Positions 63,321 to 64,000 of a stretch of DNA of 64,000 nucleotides are shown here, in pieces. Position 1 is the stretch's first letter. Every line of letters begins with the position of its first letter. The DNA lies in IMG/VR virus record IMGVR_UViG_3300036817_000261, positions 10,106 through 74,105 of that record. The stretch is one strand, 5' to 3'. The position numbers and the translations under genes are program-made. This DNA is from a virus. The notes under the pieces were generated by a model that was not told the DNA's origin, ran no database searches, and saw only the letters and a list, made by a program, of their open reading frames with translations.

Positions 63321-64000
63321 ATGGCCACACAAAACCAGAACGGCCAACAGCCTAACGGCCAGGACGGGCAGCTGCCTTCTGGAGGTGCCTATAGTCCACC
63401 GCCGGACTGGACGCCTGCTCAGCAACCACCTCAAGCTCCAGCGCCGCAACCGCCCGCTCAAGCCCCGCAGCCTGACCAGAGCGGTTCACCCACTCCGACA
63501 AGTGCTCAGCTTGGTGCTCCTCCGGCAGCGCCATCCCAAGGTTTTCAAGCTCCCGCCAAAGATAAACCGGTCAGTGGCGACGGCCAGACCGTCTCCGGCC
63601 AGATGTGGGGCAAGCCCAATCAGGAGTTCACTGCGCCGCAGAGTGATCAAGAAGTCACTGACTCGAGTGGCCCCTTCGTTTCGCCGGAAAAGCCATTGCC
63701 ACCCACCGATGACGAATTACAGAAGTTAGATACGCCGGGGCTGATTAACCGGCTGACCAATTATAGCGATGTCGATTCAGGACAAGCCGCGAGTGTCCTG
63801 CATGACCGGCTCCAGGCCGACGCAGCTAACTCGACCCCAGCCCAAGGGGCGCAGATGTTAGCCAATGACTTTACTAACACGCTTTCTAAAGTAAGCCTTA
63901 ACCCGGTTGATTGGGCTAAAGGACTCAACGATTTTAAGAATCAGTTAGGCGGCGGGGCCAACACGGTTTTACAGGCTCTAGGCGTACAGAACACGCTCAC
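63321..64000 (+). CDS. 3'-truncated large internal virion protein
   Basis: ATG follows the previous stop after 1 nt; MATQNQNGQQP... open to the window end. Confidence 0.65.
   Translation, partial: MATQNQNGQQPNGQDGQLPSGGAYSPPPDWTPAQQPPQAPAPQPPAQAPQPDQSGSPTPTSAQLGAPPAAPSQGFQAPAKDKPVSGDGQTVSGQMWGKPNQEFTAPQSDQEVTDSSGPFVSPEKPLPPTDDELQKLDTPGLINRLTNYSDVDSGQAASVLHDRLQADAANSTPAQGAQMLANDFTNTLSKVSLNPVDWAKGLNDFKNQLGGGANTVLQALGVQNTL

Noticed and set aside
1-64000. CRISPR array, integrase/att site, transposase
   Set aside because: No regularly spaced repeats with unique spacers and no recombinase or transposase motifs seen
1-64000. Stop-codon reassignment
   Set aside because: Long genes are intact in the standard code and TAA, TAG and TGA all end coupled genes

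Overview
The window is a ~64 kb internal piece of a tailed dsDNA phage genome with podovirus-like structural gene order. No integrase, CRISPR array, rRNA or host housekeeping gene is visible, and ORFs are truncated at both ends. Layout: (1) 0.2-15.3 kb, minus strand, early/recombination-replication arm (VRR-NUC nuclease, SF2 helicase, RecT-like annealase, HNH-like protein, DUF932-like protein, many small ORFs) driven by a repeated promoter motif; (2) 15.3-24.7 kb, small accessory ORFs (terminase-small-like HTH, KTSC, Lar-like, PD-(D/E)XK endonuclease) plus an antisense tRNA-like RNA gene with a 92-nt D-loop insertion and no canonical anticodon loop; (3) 24.8-33.8 kb, minus strand, membrane/lysis and receptor-binding module (GH25 endolysin, beta-helix spike, collagen/collar tail fibre, a family of Pro-rich mini-proteins); (4) 33.9-64 kb, plus strand, morphogenesis operon (large terminase, portal, scaffold, three glycosyltransferase-like genes and a methyltransferase domain, major capsid, duplicated adaptor, nozzle, internal/ejection proteins). 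The standout observation is an intact YcaO-TfuA pair, the enzyme pair known to install backbone thioamides, tightly coupled between a Gly-rich heptad-repeat virion protein and other internal virion protein genes. This suggests a phage-encoded protein thioamidation system, possibly part of a wider virion-modification toolkit with the glycosyltransferases. All family calls come from motif recognition by eye; no database searches were run.
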